Below are positions 49,966 to 63,159 of a stretch of DNA of 64,000 nucleotides, piece after piece. Position 1 is the first letter of the stretch. The number at the start of each line of letters is the position of its first letter. The stretch is from Macrostomum hystrix (lineage: Eukaryota; Animalia; Platyhelminthes). Position numbers and translations under genes: made by a program. Below the pieces are notes generated by a model. It did not search any database. It was not told the origin of the DNA and was given only the letters and a program-made list of their open reading frames with translations. The DNA lies in NCBI GenBank assembly GCA_950097015.1, contig CATNEN010000038.1, positions 16,120,001-16,184,000 on the forward strand, written 5' to 3'.

Positions 49966-50782
49966 TGGTAGCTGATGGATGTGTGGCAACCCTGCATGAT
50001 GGGGATCAGGACCAGGTAGCTGATGGATGTGTGGCAACCCTGCATGGTGGGCATCAGGACCCGGTAGCTGATGGATGTGTGGCAACCCTGCATGATGGGG
50101 ATCAGGACCCGGTAGCTGATGGGTGTGTGGCAACCCTGCATGATGGGGATCAGGACCCGGTAGCTGATGGGTGTGTGGCAACCCTGCATGATGGGCATCA
50201 GGACCAGGTAGCTGATGGATGTGTGGCAACCCTGCATGATGGGCATCAGGACCAGGTAGCTGATGGATGTGTGGCAACCCTGCATGATGGGGATCAATGA
50301 CCAGGTAGCTGATGGATGTGTGGCAACCCTGCATGGTGGGCATCAATGACCAGGTAGCTGATGGATGTGTGGCAACCCTGCATGGTGGGCATCAATCACC
50401 AGGTAGCTGATGGATGTGTGGCAACCCTGCATGATGGGCATCAGGACCAGGTAGCTGATGGATGTGTGGCAACCCTGCATGGTGGGCATCAATGACCAGG
50501 TAGCTGATGGATGTGTGGCAACCCTGCATGGTGGGCATCAATCACCAGGTAGCTGATGGATGTGTGGCAACCCTGCATGATGGGCATCAGGACCAGGTAG
50601 CTGATGGATGTGTGGCAACCCTGCATGGTGGGCATCAATGACCAGGTAGCTGATGGATGTGTGGCAACCCTGCATGATGGGCATCAGGACCAGGTAGCTG
50701 ATGGATGTGTGGCAACCCTACATGATGGGGATCAGGACCCGGTAGCTGATGGATGTGTGGTAACCCTGCATGATGGGCATCA
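49966..50782. repeat. 48-bp minisatellite
   Basis: GGTAGCTGATGGATGTGTGGCAACCCTGCATGATGGG(G/C)ATCAGGACCA, about 17 copies. Confidence 0.96.
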
Positions 50783-53348
50783 GGGTGCCTAGTTCGCCGG
50801 TCTGGGGGCGTGCCGCTCCGTCGCTTGTGCGACAAGTGCCCCGGGCCCCCTGCATATAGATAGAGATAGATCACCATGAGCAAATTTTATTTGAGCAGTT
50901 AAACATTTGAAATGAAATCACAACTGGAGATATGACCTATGATCAGAAAACGAACGAATGCAACAAAGAGTGCATTTTAGACAGAAGTTGCAACAATAAT
51001 ACTCTCGTATCGTACTCAGAAATAGTGTCACAAAATACATAGATAGGTTTTGCGATAACGTTAGACATCTAGGACCAGAGATGTTTGAGATGGGCGAGCT
51101 ACCGTAAAATATATCATGATAGGACAATCAGTAGTGATCAGAGAAATCGGAAAAATTAGAGATCACACGTACCTTGCATGGTATAACCTATATGTATGAT
51201 ATAATGATATAACAAAACATTGCTGAACTGCACGTGTAAAACGTAAGAAGCGCTAAAATTTAGTTTAAGCAATGCTTTAAGTTATTTTGTTCAAATAAAT
51301 GTTTGCAGGTGGGCTGTGGAGCAGCTGCAGTGGCTGTCATTTAATGGGTGACAGCTAGTTAGACACGCGGCCACCGCGAGTCCTGATAACACTTATACAC
51401 AGATATTGTAAGCAGCTACTCACTTACACAGTGTTTGACCTAACTAAAACATTCGAGACGCAAAACGAGCCGAATCATGGCGAAAAAGTTGCAGGGGCTC
51501 GTTCAAGTCTATCGTCGCTTAGTCAATTAAAATATCGAAGAACTGCGTCAATTTCGGATGTTGCTTCTGCTTTCGAGTAGGTTCATTGTTCATATTTTGA
51601 GATTTTTTTATCAGCGGCAAAAGCTTGGAGAATAGAAACCACAATAGAAATGACCACGATCAATGATGGCGGGCAAGTCCTTCGACAACGTGTCGCATCG
51701 ATGGAAGATTCTAGCAAGCACAATAATTGTATGCTTTCATCCTGCATTGATAGAATAACAATTGCGTTAAAATATTCGCCAAAATATAGAGCAAGAAGCA
51801 GCAGGTACTTATCAACTCCCGGATTGATCGGAACTCTGATCGGCTGATCAGTATTTCTTCAGTTTTCTGGGAATAGGTACATGAGCTAAGGTTCAGTGAT
51901 TGTTCAAAGTGTTTTGATGTTCTATTCTTTCGATTTAGGAGTTTGGAAAGGTTCTAAAATGTTTAGGAGGTTCAAAGAGGTTCAAAGAGGGGATGCTTCT
52001 TTCTCTTTGCAAATCCGTACTCTATATGGGGCATAATTTCCCATCGCATGACGAATAGGAGTACAGCGTTAAGGCCCAGACGTGGTCTGGACTATTATTG
52101 TATGTGAGTAATACTGCTAAAAAATAGTTCAATCGTATCTCACTAGGGCAGCAGGATAGAATGGGCAACAGCGCTGGACGACCCATCCAGGGCCTCTGGC
52201 CAAATTGGGTACGGGGCGTGCCCCGGCAACCCCACTTGATCTTTTAGGTACGTCTGGCCTCGGCTCTGAGGGGAAGGTGCCACTGTCACCTCGCTCACGA
52301 GTAGACCGCTGTCAGCTATGGCCTCTGCTAATGCCATCCTTGAAACCGGACTGAATCTCCCCACTGAGTCTCACTTCTCCCAGAGGCCCACGGCCCCTCC
52401 TCGAACCGAGTGGTCCCATATTCCCCAATGTATACTTGAGTATATTCCCAAGCCCTTATATCCCAAGATACGCAAGATCTACTTTACAGCTGCTATTTTA
52501 TAGAGACGAAAATATCATACTATTGCCCTACTTCATAAGTATTATAGTGTGTTTGAAGGGAAACTAATTTCCCAGTATTATATACAATGTGTGGTGTGCT
52601 TTCACAAGCTAAAGACACAGCCCCTGTAATAAAACACTTTTGGTTGGTCCCAGAAATTACTATATTCCACATGTAGCGAATACACGTATATTACAGTTTC
52701 GATAATCTTGCACACTCAGATTCTCTAGACAACTTTGCATCCTTAGGATTTAGAAGCCGTTAAATTTTAAATTGGCGGCAAATTTGTTGTAAAATTCATA
52801 TTGTACTGTCTGTGCAATTACTGCACACCGGCGACACTGCGCCAAGCCTCCAGTTGGAAGGCGCGCCGGGCCTCAGTAGGAAATCCTGGCATTGCACCAG
52901 GACAGCCCCTGTCGAAGGGTGGCGCGCAGAGATGTGGTAACCCGGAGATGTGTCCTCCGGCCACGGCCGTCGCTCAGTTGCTCGATTAGTTTTTGTAGTG
53001 GGCGTGCTATACTCCGCCAGCGAACAAGCCGCGCGTCAGTTTTCTCAATCGCTCGCACCGCTGTTGGCCAGCGTTCTCTTTGTTAAAAACACTGTTCATT
53101 TGAGAAGATATAGCTGGCGAGAAGTTTGTGAGAATGCCTGACAGGATAAATAGAAAACTGAAGGTTCTTGCTTAAAATAGCTTTCAAAATGCTTTAAAAT
53201 CACATGACCAACAAAGTGAGCGAGCGAGAGAAAACGCTCGAATAACACTGATAGGCCAGCCAAAAACTCATAGAGCAAACGGGTGCATTTCAAACTACAC
53301 CCGCGGCCACTCACAACACCAAAGACTATAGCGTGAACGCGAGTTTGT

Positions 53349-53980
53349 GGTTCCTGGATTTGCAGTTCACATATATGCTTTTTCGTCATCACTTTTCAGG
53401 ACACTTCGTCATCCAGCCAATTAGCAAATCTTATATAAAGTTAAAGTTATAGGTCAGTTCATCAACCATCAATAGAAACTAGAGTGTTGACTTGATTTTA
53501 TATAGTTGCCGATGCGTACAGAATACGAAAAACTGAGTTCAAAATGTAAGTTCAAAATCCAGATCAAAAATGTTTAAATTAATTCATTTTAATTTATCGA
53601 GTTTAAATCATAAATCATTCATACCGTAAAAATAAAAGTGATCGTTATAACGCGGTACAGTATAAGCTTGGTACGCTTGTAGACAGACTGGGGGAAATCT
53701 AAGTAATCTCAATGAAGTAAATAACGAAGAAAACTACGGAGCCCTACTGATTATTGAGAGGGTCAATTTGAAACCCAAATTTCAAAATTCGGAATTCGCG
53801 CGAAGCACAAAGACAGCACTTAAACAACAATTGCTGGCATCAGTTGGACATGCACCTGACTTAAATCATAGAGATGACGAAGTGTCTACAAGTCTTGGTC
53901 ACTATCATCCAACCCTCTTAGACCCTGGACACTTCGTCATACAGATGACGAAAAAGCAGATGGCGAAGTGTCCAGGAACC
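53349..53980. mobile_element. Putative non-autonomous DNA transposon
   Basis: GGTTCCTGGA / TCCAGGAACC ends; mirrored subterminal motifs TGCTTTTTCGTCATC and GGACACTTCGTCAT; no clear TSD. Confidence 0.55.
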
Positions 53981-55336
53981 GGCCTACATTGCTTCAACGA
54001 GGCGGCAATTAACACTAACTATACCTAGTCATTTATGAATTGGCACTACGTGACATATAATTTAGTACTCCCCTATATAGTTCCTAAATTATGAATTACT
54101 GACTAGTGCTGCGTACAATATTAAGGGCATACGGATATTTGTGCAAATAACTAATTTAAGTTGGCACTGTCCCGTCGTCTGGAGTCCCGTGAACTACTAA
54201 CCGAGTGCCAAAATTACAAAGGGACTACGAGACGACCTCGGATAAAGCAACCATAATTAAAGCAAAGGTTAAGCCATAAAAAGTAACTGATAACAAAATG
54301 CGCAAAATAAAAAAAGTAAACCTTATTTTACTGCTAAAAAGACAGAGAAAACCGAGTTTTGCTTAACTTGTTCAGAACGAAATATATACAATATTTTATT
54401 TAAATTGGTTTCTTTTTCGCTTAAAATCATAAATTCAAGTAACTCTTGATGATTCTTTACAGTTTTTACGTTGAACTCAATGAGCTCACTAAGCGCATTT
54501 TCAGTTAATCTCTTTTTGTTCAAATCCAAATAAGTATGTTTGTCGAGCAGTTCTGAAGTATTTCTTTCTTTCTTTATTCAGTTAGCACATATAAAGACGT
54601 TCGAATGTGTTCATTTCACACAGATTTTGATAGAATTCCAGGAATCTAGTGCAACAGCTCCTTTTAGAGACATTTATGGAAACTTAAAGAACAGTTCTTT
54701 ATATTTGTATTGAACTTTCAATATTTGTATTAAACTTATGAAAATTATTTTTTCGATTTTTTACTTTCTTTAAAGTATAAACACAGTCAAAATATTGCTC
54801 TCTCTTGTTATTACTATAATTAGAGTCTATAAAGTTTGAAACAACTTGTAGACTGGTTCAAATCAATCTACCTGATAAGCTATTGTTAGGATTTAGATTA
54901 GAGCCACTGTGCTGTTTAGCAACTGTCAGAAAATACCATTAAATTTAGTTTATTATCATATTTGTGTTTTTGTCGCCACTTAAAACAGGTTTAGATATTT
55001 TTGGTTTTTATTTATTCTCTCTGTTCAGTTCAATAGTTCAACAGTATTGCTGCATAATATGTTTGCATGCCCATTTTACAACAAATGTAGTGTTACAAGT
55101 CCTAGGCGTTAGGAAAATAGGCTTTCATGAATCAGTAATAATTTTTTTATTTATTGTTGAGTAGACTACCAGCAATAATGTGACTAATAAGGAAAACAAT
55201 GGACTAAAATCTTATAAAATTAAGTGCAGTCTGTTGATATAATTTTTTGTTTCTTCCTAAGCTTTTTATAGCACTCCTTTTAATTCCAGATATTTCTGTA
55301 ATGACTGACTGATCCACATCTTAGGCAAGCAACAAT

Positions 55337-57421
55337 ATGAACTTTGTGCATCACACAGCCGATAATAAGAAAGATATTGCGAGAAAGCAGGCTGCCTATG
55401 CCGCTGTTGATGAGCACCTGCAGGTGAGGCTTGCTGACAAGCAAATTTTTGTGTGCACTTCTTCTGTTAAACTGTTATTGATTTTTTGACCATCTTCTAC
55501 TTTCCAGAACTGTCAAACTATTGGTGTAGGTTCTGGTCAAACAATGGTTCATGTCATTGATCACATTGGTGAGTCTATTGACTTTTGATTTCGTGTTTTG
55601 TGTTCTTCTCTTACAAGGTATTAAGTTTAAATAATTTCTCTTTGACTCGCAGTCAAAATGCTTCTAGAAGGATTGTCAGGCAGCCAGTGATCCTCTAAAT
55701 TGGAAATTGCTGTCTCGATAGTTAAATGAAAAACATTTAAATGGTTATCTATTTTATAATATAAGGAAAAAGTTTGAATATTTGTCTGGCGGTCAACCAT
55801 GAGCAAATACAAATGTTGAGCATGTAAATGAGCATGCATGTGAATAGTGCTCGTGTGTCTTTCTACTATAGGCCTAAGCTTCGATTGCTTCTGCGAAAAT
55901 TTAGCTTCCTGCCAGTGCTAATCCTCTGTCCCACATCCAAGCATTAGGCTATATAAACTGCTTCCTCTGAAATCCCAAATCCAGTTTCTATATTGATCAG
56001 TTCGATTACTTTCTATTGCTAGGTATAATATTTTTATCTTACTAGTCTAGTCCTTACGACTGGACCGCTGCCTCAATTATTGGCTTACCATATACCGTCG
56101 CCTCAGTCAAATGTAATCTTATTTCCTTTTCCGGTACTTTCGTTTCTTGATTTTTTCTGAAATAAAATTGTCTAAAAGCCGGCACATACATGCATATAAG
56201 GGGCGTTAACTGAATAATTCAATGGCCACAAACTTAACGGTTTACAGCCGAATTAATTCGTCAAAGGGGCTGGTCCGTGCGCTGCATACCGACTTCCTAC
56301 CAGGTGAGAAATTTTGTTTGAGAACGCATTGTCCAGATAACTAAAGACCTTTGGCTTATGTTGAATCGTCCGTACAGGCCAAACAGCTGATTCTGGAGCG
56401 CGGCCTTCGCCTATTCGAACTCGAACACTGCGACGAGGAGCTCGACTGGTCGGTTGACAGCGCCGACGAAGTCGACTCCGATCTCAACCTGATTAAAGGC
56501 GGCGGCGGCTGCCTACTGCAAGAGAAAATAGTGGACACCGCCGCACACACTCTGGTCATTGTGTGCGACGAGAGCAAGTACAGCGCCCAGTTTGGGCACA
56601 AATGGAAGGGTGGCATCCCGCTGGAGGTGGTCCCGATGGCCTGGTCGCTGGTTAAGCGTCGAATCGAATGCCAATTCGGCGGCAGCGCATTGCTCAGGGA
56701 GTCGCTGGGCAAATTGGTGAAAGCTTACGTTATAAGAATGTGTCCAAAAAGGGATTTTTCACCACAATCGCTAATCAAGTTACTTGCGCAATAGCCCAAC
56801 GGTTGTACATCTGACCCAACTTGGCAAGGTGTCAATTTTTTTCTACTCCTTAAATTTAAATCTAACTTTAAATCATTACTTTAAAACCCGAAATCAGGGA
56901 CCAGTGGTGACAGACAACGGTAATTTCATACTCGACTGGCACTTTGATCAGCAGCACAACTGGGAAGAGTTGGACTTTCAGCTGCACCAAATGCCCGGTG
57001 AGTCCTTCCCGAATCCTTCCATATCCTTCAGGCCTGTCCTTCCATATCCTTCAGGACTGTCCTTCCAAATCCTTCAGGACTGTCCTTCCATATCCTTCAG
57101 GACTGTCCTTCCATATCCTTCAGGACTGTTCCCCTAAATCCTTCAGGTCTGTCTATCCATATCCTTCAGGACTGTCCTTCCATATCCTTCAGGACTGTCC
57201 TTCCATATCCTTCAGGACTGTCCATCCAAATCCTTCAGGACTGTCCATCCAAATCCTTCAGGACGACTGTCCTTCCATATCAACTCCCTCGGGACTCATT
57301 TGACATTGTAACTGACCAAATCCACGCAGGTGTTATTGAAACCGGCCTATTCATTCAGCTGGCCTCCAAGATCTACGTTGGCAACATGGACGGCTCCGTC
57401 AACCGCTTGGTGCTCAAATGA
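55337..57421 (+). CDS. RPIA: Ribose-5-phosphate isomerase A; exons 55337-55423, 55508-55568, 56248-56303, 56378-56716, 56898-56997, 57330-57421
   Basis: [73 protein letters not shown]. Confidence 0.96.
57003..57280. repeat. 23-bp minisatellite in RPIA intron 5
   Basis: CCTTCCATATCCTTCAGGACTGT. Confidence 0.93.
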
Positions 57422-58225
57422 ATTTGCTAACTAAAATAGATTTGAGTACGTTTGTCCACGGCGCGACCATAGTATTACAATTTAAATTAGTTAATAATCC
57501 ATTAAAAGCGCTTTATAAATAAAGCAAAAAATCGTCAATCGTCAAAAAATCAACAACTTTTCTTTGTTGTATCAAATTGTTCATAGAACATCTCTATAGT
57601 CGAATTAAGATTATAAAGTCGCAAAAATTTCACCCTTTTAATCTATGCATAATAAATCTTTAATCTAGTCAATTATATATTAATAAATGCATTTTATCGT
57701 GAAATTAAATATTTTGTAGAATGCTTATGATGAAATTGACTAGTAATTGCTTTTTATAGTGTTATTGGGCCCTTTTACCTATGCTTTGTTCTACTTCACT
57801 ATCACTATTACGCCTACATGTAGTTGCCGTTTAGTTGGTATTGCACCTGTGTTTTACAACTTATAGTTTAAATCAATCAAATATGTATTATTAGCTGCAG
57901 CTCGTCTAGTTTCACTACTAACCAGATTAATGAAATAATTCACAAAACAAAATAAAAATCTTACAGTTTATTTGAACTGTAATTTCCTACCCAAAGCTTC
58001 CTAGCAAAAAGAAATACACAAGGCACCAGTGAAAGCAGGTGAAAAAGAAGTATATAGATGAAGGAATATAATGAACTGCTACTCTTACCTGGAGTTATTA
58101 TTTCTTTGCTCGCTTTTACTGCATTTTTTCAACCTACCGGTTCATTACGACATTTGTTGATTGTCTCTGAAACATATTACGAGTATATCGAACATATAAT
58201 ACTATGGATACTATTTACCAATCGT

Positions 58226-58804
58226 AAACTGCGGCCCGCAGGCCAAATGCGGCCATAGAAGCTCTCGTATCCTCTCTCCCGTGTCTCATCTCTCATCAGT
58301 CTAGTCTCTCCCGTCTTTCATCTCTCATCAGTCTCGTCTCTCCCGTGTCTCATCTCTCCTGTGTCTTATCTCTCCCGTGTCTCATCTCTCATCAGTCTCG
58401 TCTCTCCCGTGTCTCATCTCTCATCAGTCTCATCTCTCATCAGTCTCATCTCTCATCAGTCTCGTCTCTCCCGTGTCTCATCTCTCATCAGTCTCGTCTC
58501 TCCCGTGTCTCATCTCTCATCAGTCTCGTCTCTCCCGCGCCTCATCTCTACCGTGTCTCATCTCTCATCAGTCTCGTCTCTCCCGTGTCTCATCTCTCCC
58601 GTGTCTCATCTCTCCTGTGTCTTATCTCTCCCGTGTCTCATCTCTCCTGTGTCTTATCTCTCCCGTGTCTCATCTCTCATCAGTCTCATCTCTCATCAGT
58701 CTCGTCTCTCCCGTGTCTCATCTCTCCCGTGTCTCAGTCTATGCGGCACGCATTTCGCATCAATAGGTTTTGGCCCGCTAGCTAATAAAGTTAGCCAACA
58801 CCTG
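58226..58804 (-). mobile_element. Second, older copy of the minisatellite-bearing hAT MITE
   Basis: AAACTGCGGCCCGCAGGCCAAATGCGGCC and GTTAGCCAACACCTG are reverse-complement matches to the ends of 18479-19079; internal CCCGTGTCTCATCTCT array. Confidence 0.85.
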
Positions 58805-59305
58805 CTTAAGTAGCTTGATCAGAATATGAAAAAATATCTAAGTGTAGCACTCCATTCTACTTCTATGTTGTGATTTGAACTTAAAGATAATGCGTAAGCT
58901 ACGATTATATTGATAGACAGCTAGATATAGAATAATAAAGAAATGTGAAAACGTGAAAAATAGGAGTTGAACTATAAACAAAAAGTATAAATAAGGATCT
59001 TCAATAGGAGCAGATATATAAGTATTGGATGGAAATCTAAAGATTTTTTCAGTAAACTTTACAGTACAGACTAATAAGTAATTTGGCATCAAAAGCAGAC
59101 TATATCTGATTCACAAAATACTTACATAGAAAACACAAATTACAATGAGTTGAGGCGGTAACTAGAATAGCCATATGACACAAGGCAGCTGATAAACCAG
59201 TTTTAATGTGGCAGACGGCAAGTTACCGAAAAAATGAAGTTTCATTTACGCTGACCTAAGTATGAACTAATGCTCATTTTCTGTTCAACTGCTGCTGTTT
59301 TCAAT

Positions 59306-62245
59306 TCACAATGAGCAACCCATTTGGTTGAGCACATTGGTCAATAGTTTGGTTACAACACCCTGTGGCACGTGTGTCCGATGATCGGCTAGCTCATTAG
59401 CAGGGTCTGTGTTTACCCATCGATCGTAGGCTAGGCCACGCCATCTGGCCATGGCGTTGAAGTGAATGTTGCCAGGGCTCCAATAGTTGGGGTACAGCTC
59501 CATCAGACCAGAGCCAAGCGGCAGGAATAGGGTGTGCGACAGGGCCGCTCCGTGCATGCCCGCCAGGATCTGCGGAATGAATAAACAAAAACTGTCATAG
59601 AGTGGCGATGATTAGGCCAAGACTGTCATAGAGTGGCGATGGTTAGGCCAAGACTGTCATATAGTGGCGATGATTAGGCCAAGACTGTCATAGAGTGGTG
59701 ATGATTAGGCCAAGACTGTCATAGAGTGGCGATGGTTAGGCCAAGACTGTCATAGAGTGGCGATGGTTAGGCCAAGACTGTCATATAGTGGCGATGATTA
59801 GGCCAAGACTGTCATATAGTGGCGATGATTAGGCCAAGACTGTCATAGAGTGGCGATGCTTAGGCCAAGGGTCAGATATGTTCATGAGGATGCTACGAGA
59901 TTTAAATCTCGTAGATTATTAAACAGACCTGAACGCCTGAAATGAGCCTGAGCTGATCTCGGAATTCCATGTTCTCCAGGGCGGCACTGGTCACTTTGAG
60001 TCTGAGCTTAGGAAAAGCGGCAGCAGCCTCAGCCAGTAGCTGATCCTCGTTGGCCACTTTGCGTACAACGCTTCCCTTGGGATTTCTCGGATGAGCAACA
60101 TAGTCTCTGCGCCAGACGAATAACAGTCGAATGTCTGTACAATTTCGGCCCGCTGTAGTCAGCGACCCGGTATCGGCGGCGGCCGATGTCAAACCGTGGC
60201 GCGATAGAAAGAATCGACGGAACGGTTCGTGCAACGGCAGGCTGGGCCGATTGTGCTGGTGCATGGGCGCGTCGTAGCTCATCATCACCCAGATGAGGTC
60301 GGTTAGCGACTACGCGATAGGACGAGTTTTTCAGCTATGTATAAGAATAATTATTATATAATTTATTACACCTGACCCCATTTGACCAAGGTGTGCGGCC
60401 GACAAAGTCGGTAATCGAACCCCCGACCTTCAAGTCGTGAGACCGACGCTCAAAAAACTCTAGGCTATATAGCTGGGTGAACAGAAGAACTAAGAATTAA
60501 TAAAGCATATTGTCTCACTTGGACTGGGATTCAAACTATCGAACTTTGACGAAATTCTAACTCCTATGTAACAATCTGCATGTATTGTAAACCAACAACA
60601 CAAATACAATTTTAGCCTAGAAAAAAATCACCCACATAGCGACAATAGATTACTTTGTAGTAATAGAAGTTGTAATCACGGGGATTGTAGCCTAGTGGAT
60701 AGAGCGTCGGACCCACGACTAAAAGGTCAGGGGTTCGATTCTCGACTCCACTAGAACAATTTGTGGATAAAGCGTTGGATCCACGACTTGAAGGTCGGGG
60801 GTTCGATTCCCGACTCCAACTAGAACTATTTGTGCCCTTTAACATGACACATAACAATGCATCGCTTTAGTTCACCCAGATGTTAAATTAGTTGGGGTAA
60901 TTAAGGGTCACCCCAGTCGGCTGTCCATCTGGCCCGATTGGGGCAGGTGTAATTAATCTTATTATTATGACTGCCTGTTTTATAAATCGATAAATTCCAA
61001 ATCACCTGAGGGCTGCCATCCAGTTCGCCAAATCGAACCACGCGGCCAAACAGACTGCGCCAGATGCCATCTAGTGAGCCTTTAGGATGGCCGTCAATGA
61101 TGAGCACAGTAGCATTAGCCGGATTGATGCCATAGTAGATACAGGCCACAAATGCGTTATAGAAGTCGGTCATGCTGTGATACAAGTTAGCGTATTCGTA
61201 TCGTGTCACAGCCAGCACTGGGCCATTGTCCAGTCCAGCTCGCGATTTCAATGTCGAATCAGACAGACGCAGCTGGTTGAATTCCGCCTCGCCAATGGTG
61301 GTTGTCGCCGGCAGATAGTGCGTGTTAAGATGCGATTTCGGATTTTGAAATTGGCTAACAAAATCTTGAATTTTAACACCCGATTGTTTCTCTGGACAGA
61401 CTACGCGAAATGCGCCGGGTTTTAGGGTCCAGTACTCGGAGTTCTCTGATTGGTTGAGAACCTGCGTAGGTTGATAATGGAAAGCTTTAGAACAACTGCA
61501 CAACGAACTACTCGTAGATTATAACTAATTAGATGACGAAGAATTTAACTATGCAACTAAGATTCCAGCTAGGGTGGAAGAGCGATTAATGCTTTTGCCT
61601 TCCGCACAATAGCACGTCCCTCAGCTCGATTTCGCGGCGAGACCACATAAATTGGGGCGCAGCCGCGGAGGGAGAACTTGGAACACTGCCTAAGGAGTCG
61701 TCGAAATGGGCAGAATTGCCTCCTCGCTGGTCTAGCGTAGACCCGCAGCAGCCCTCCTGCAATTATTATCTTCTAATACTATTGTTTACCTAAAGCTGCC
61801 AATAGAGCACAAATACCTCGGAGATCTCTTCGCCACCCTTGCGGCCAGAGCCCTGTCTAGAGTCCACAACCACACCGCCAAGCAGTCGAGCGAAGCCGGC
61901 CGGCACAATAAGCAAATTGTGCGAACAATAATGCTTCTCAGAGGCACGCCAATCTCTTAGCTGGCGCTCCTCTTGCAATGGATCGCCAAAGGACCAATCA
62001 GAGTTGGCCCTGCCACTGCCTGACCCAGTAGCATTGCTGAGTCGATCATTTGATTGAACCCTAGGCAATAGCAGCCGCTGCATTTTTGCGTCTAAAGAAT
62101 CCAATTCAAATGAGTCGGCATTGTTCCTATTCAATGCGCCAGCCTGATGCCTCCGATCTGATATTGTGTACCAGAGAGACAGGGCAAACCACAGCATACT
62201 CAAGCAGGCCAGAGATTTGATTAACTTGCCAGCTGATATGCGCAT
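59306..62245 (-). CDS. GT61 glycosyltransferase, N-glycan beta-1,2-xylosyltransferase-like; exons 62245-61817, 61461-61006, 60309-59929, 59569-59306
   Basis: Type II N-terminal TM; KGGE..PGAF, VTRYEYANLYHSMTDFY, IIDGH, FVWRRDYVAHPR and GMHGAAL motifs; all phase-0 GT-AG joins. Confidence 0.85.
59590..59868. repeat. 31-bp minisatellite in the last GT61 intron
   Basis: AAGACTGTCATAGAGTGGCGATGATTAGGCC. Confidence 0.95.
60405..60935. mobile_element. Cluster of SINE family B: minus-strand head fragments (about 60405-60560) and a plus-strand copy with duplicated tRNA head (60683-60935)
   Basis: TAGCCTAGTGG box A; AAGGTC(A/G)GGGGTTCGATT box B twice in tandem; then a CORE-like GACACATAAC..GCTTTAGTTCACCCAG body. 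Further isolated heads at about 27165-27205 (-) and 29693-29775 (+). Confidence 0.75.
61571..61769 (+). mobile_element. Internally deleted SINE family A copy
   Basis: Shares CGGCGAG.CCACAT, CGCAGCCGCGGAG, GGAGTC..CGAAATGGGCAGAATTGCCTCCTCGCTGG and GCAGCCCTCCTGCAATTATTAT with 20839-21223. Confidence 0.85.
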
Positions 62246-62954
62246 ATTTGCAACTGGAATTTTTTGACACTATACATTAGAAATGCTTTTTAAAGGTCTA
62301 AACTATCATAAAAATACAGTGAAACAAAACTTTCCAAAAGCAAACTTAACGAATTATTTTGTATTTACTATAGTTGCATCAAGCATCATATACAAATACA
62401 AGCATACAATGATTCAGATAAAATCATGTGTAGAATTAAGGATAATTAATCTGTGCCAACAAAACTGAAGTGCAATCAGTGAGCTTTGATGTCTTTCTAT
62501 TACTAGGCTGAGTTAGCTCAGCTCAAATCATAGCTAATATGTTCATAACATTTTAATAGTAAAATTTCAGTTTTTTCTACCTTTTGAGTTTATTCATTGC
62601 CTCATATCAGAATCATCAATAAAATATTACTTACTCAATTTAGTAGGTTAACTGCCATTTAGCCTATATTTCTGTAGCTAGAACTAAATTTACTCCTCAG
62701 TTGGTCACTTATAAAATGTTTACTGCAGTGTAAGATTACACCAAAATCACATAGTTTACAAAATAAACTTTAGTTCGGCTTTCATACATGTACAATTGCA
62801 AAAAACACATTAGCAATACAACTTGACTTTGGCCACTAATGTGAATTGATTTACTTTTGCAAGTTACCACAATTAGAATTTTTATACACACATTGATCCT
62901 GCAAATATATTTTTTCTCTGCATTTTTGTACCTTATTAGCAGGTTGTTGTGCAG

Positions 62955-63159
62955 TGTCAAAGCAGCCCGGCCCTAACGGCTTTCTCTCTTCTTCTTCTGT
63001 CTATGGTCCCGTTAAGCTAAGCTTCGCCTCAACTGTTGCACCCCTTTTACCCCCCCCAAGCTAAACGTAAGAGTGACTACACGGCTTATTCGCACGCGCG
63101 GCTTTAACCCAAATACACTCGTTATATTCGCTATAAGAAGCTTCCTTTGAGTCTTGACA
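62955..63159 (+). mobile_element. 5' LTR (205 bp) of a Ty3/gypsy retrotransposon
   Basis: TGTCAA...TTGACA inverted termini; composition shift from the AT-rich flank; followed after one base by a TGG-starting PBS. Confidence 0.85.

Noticed and set aside
52143-53141. GC-rich patches with short ORFs (also 40128-40631 and 45392-45690)
   Set aside because: No recognisable motif or splice structure; probably decayed transposon fragments that I cannot classify.
60683-60752. tRNA gene
   Set aside because: The T-stem and acceptor stem do not pair properly, and the sequence continues into a SINE body seen in several copies.
9941-61465. Many exons begin with GT after the acceptor (AG|GT), suggesting widespread recursive splicing
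   Set aside because: AG|GT is the ordinary proto-splice-site bias, and the frequency here is not clearly above expectation; only the two strongest cases are reported.
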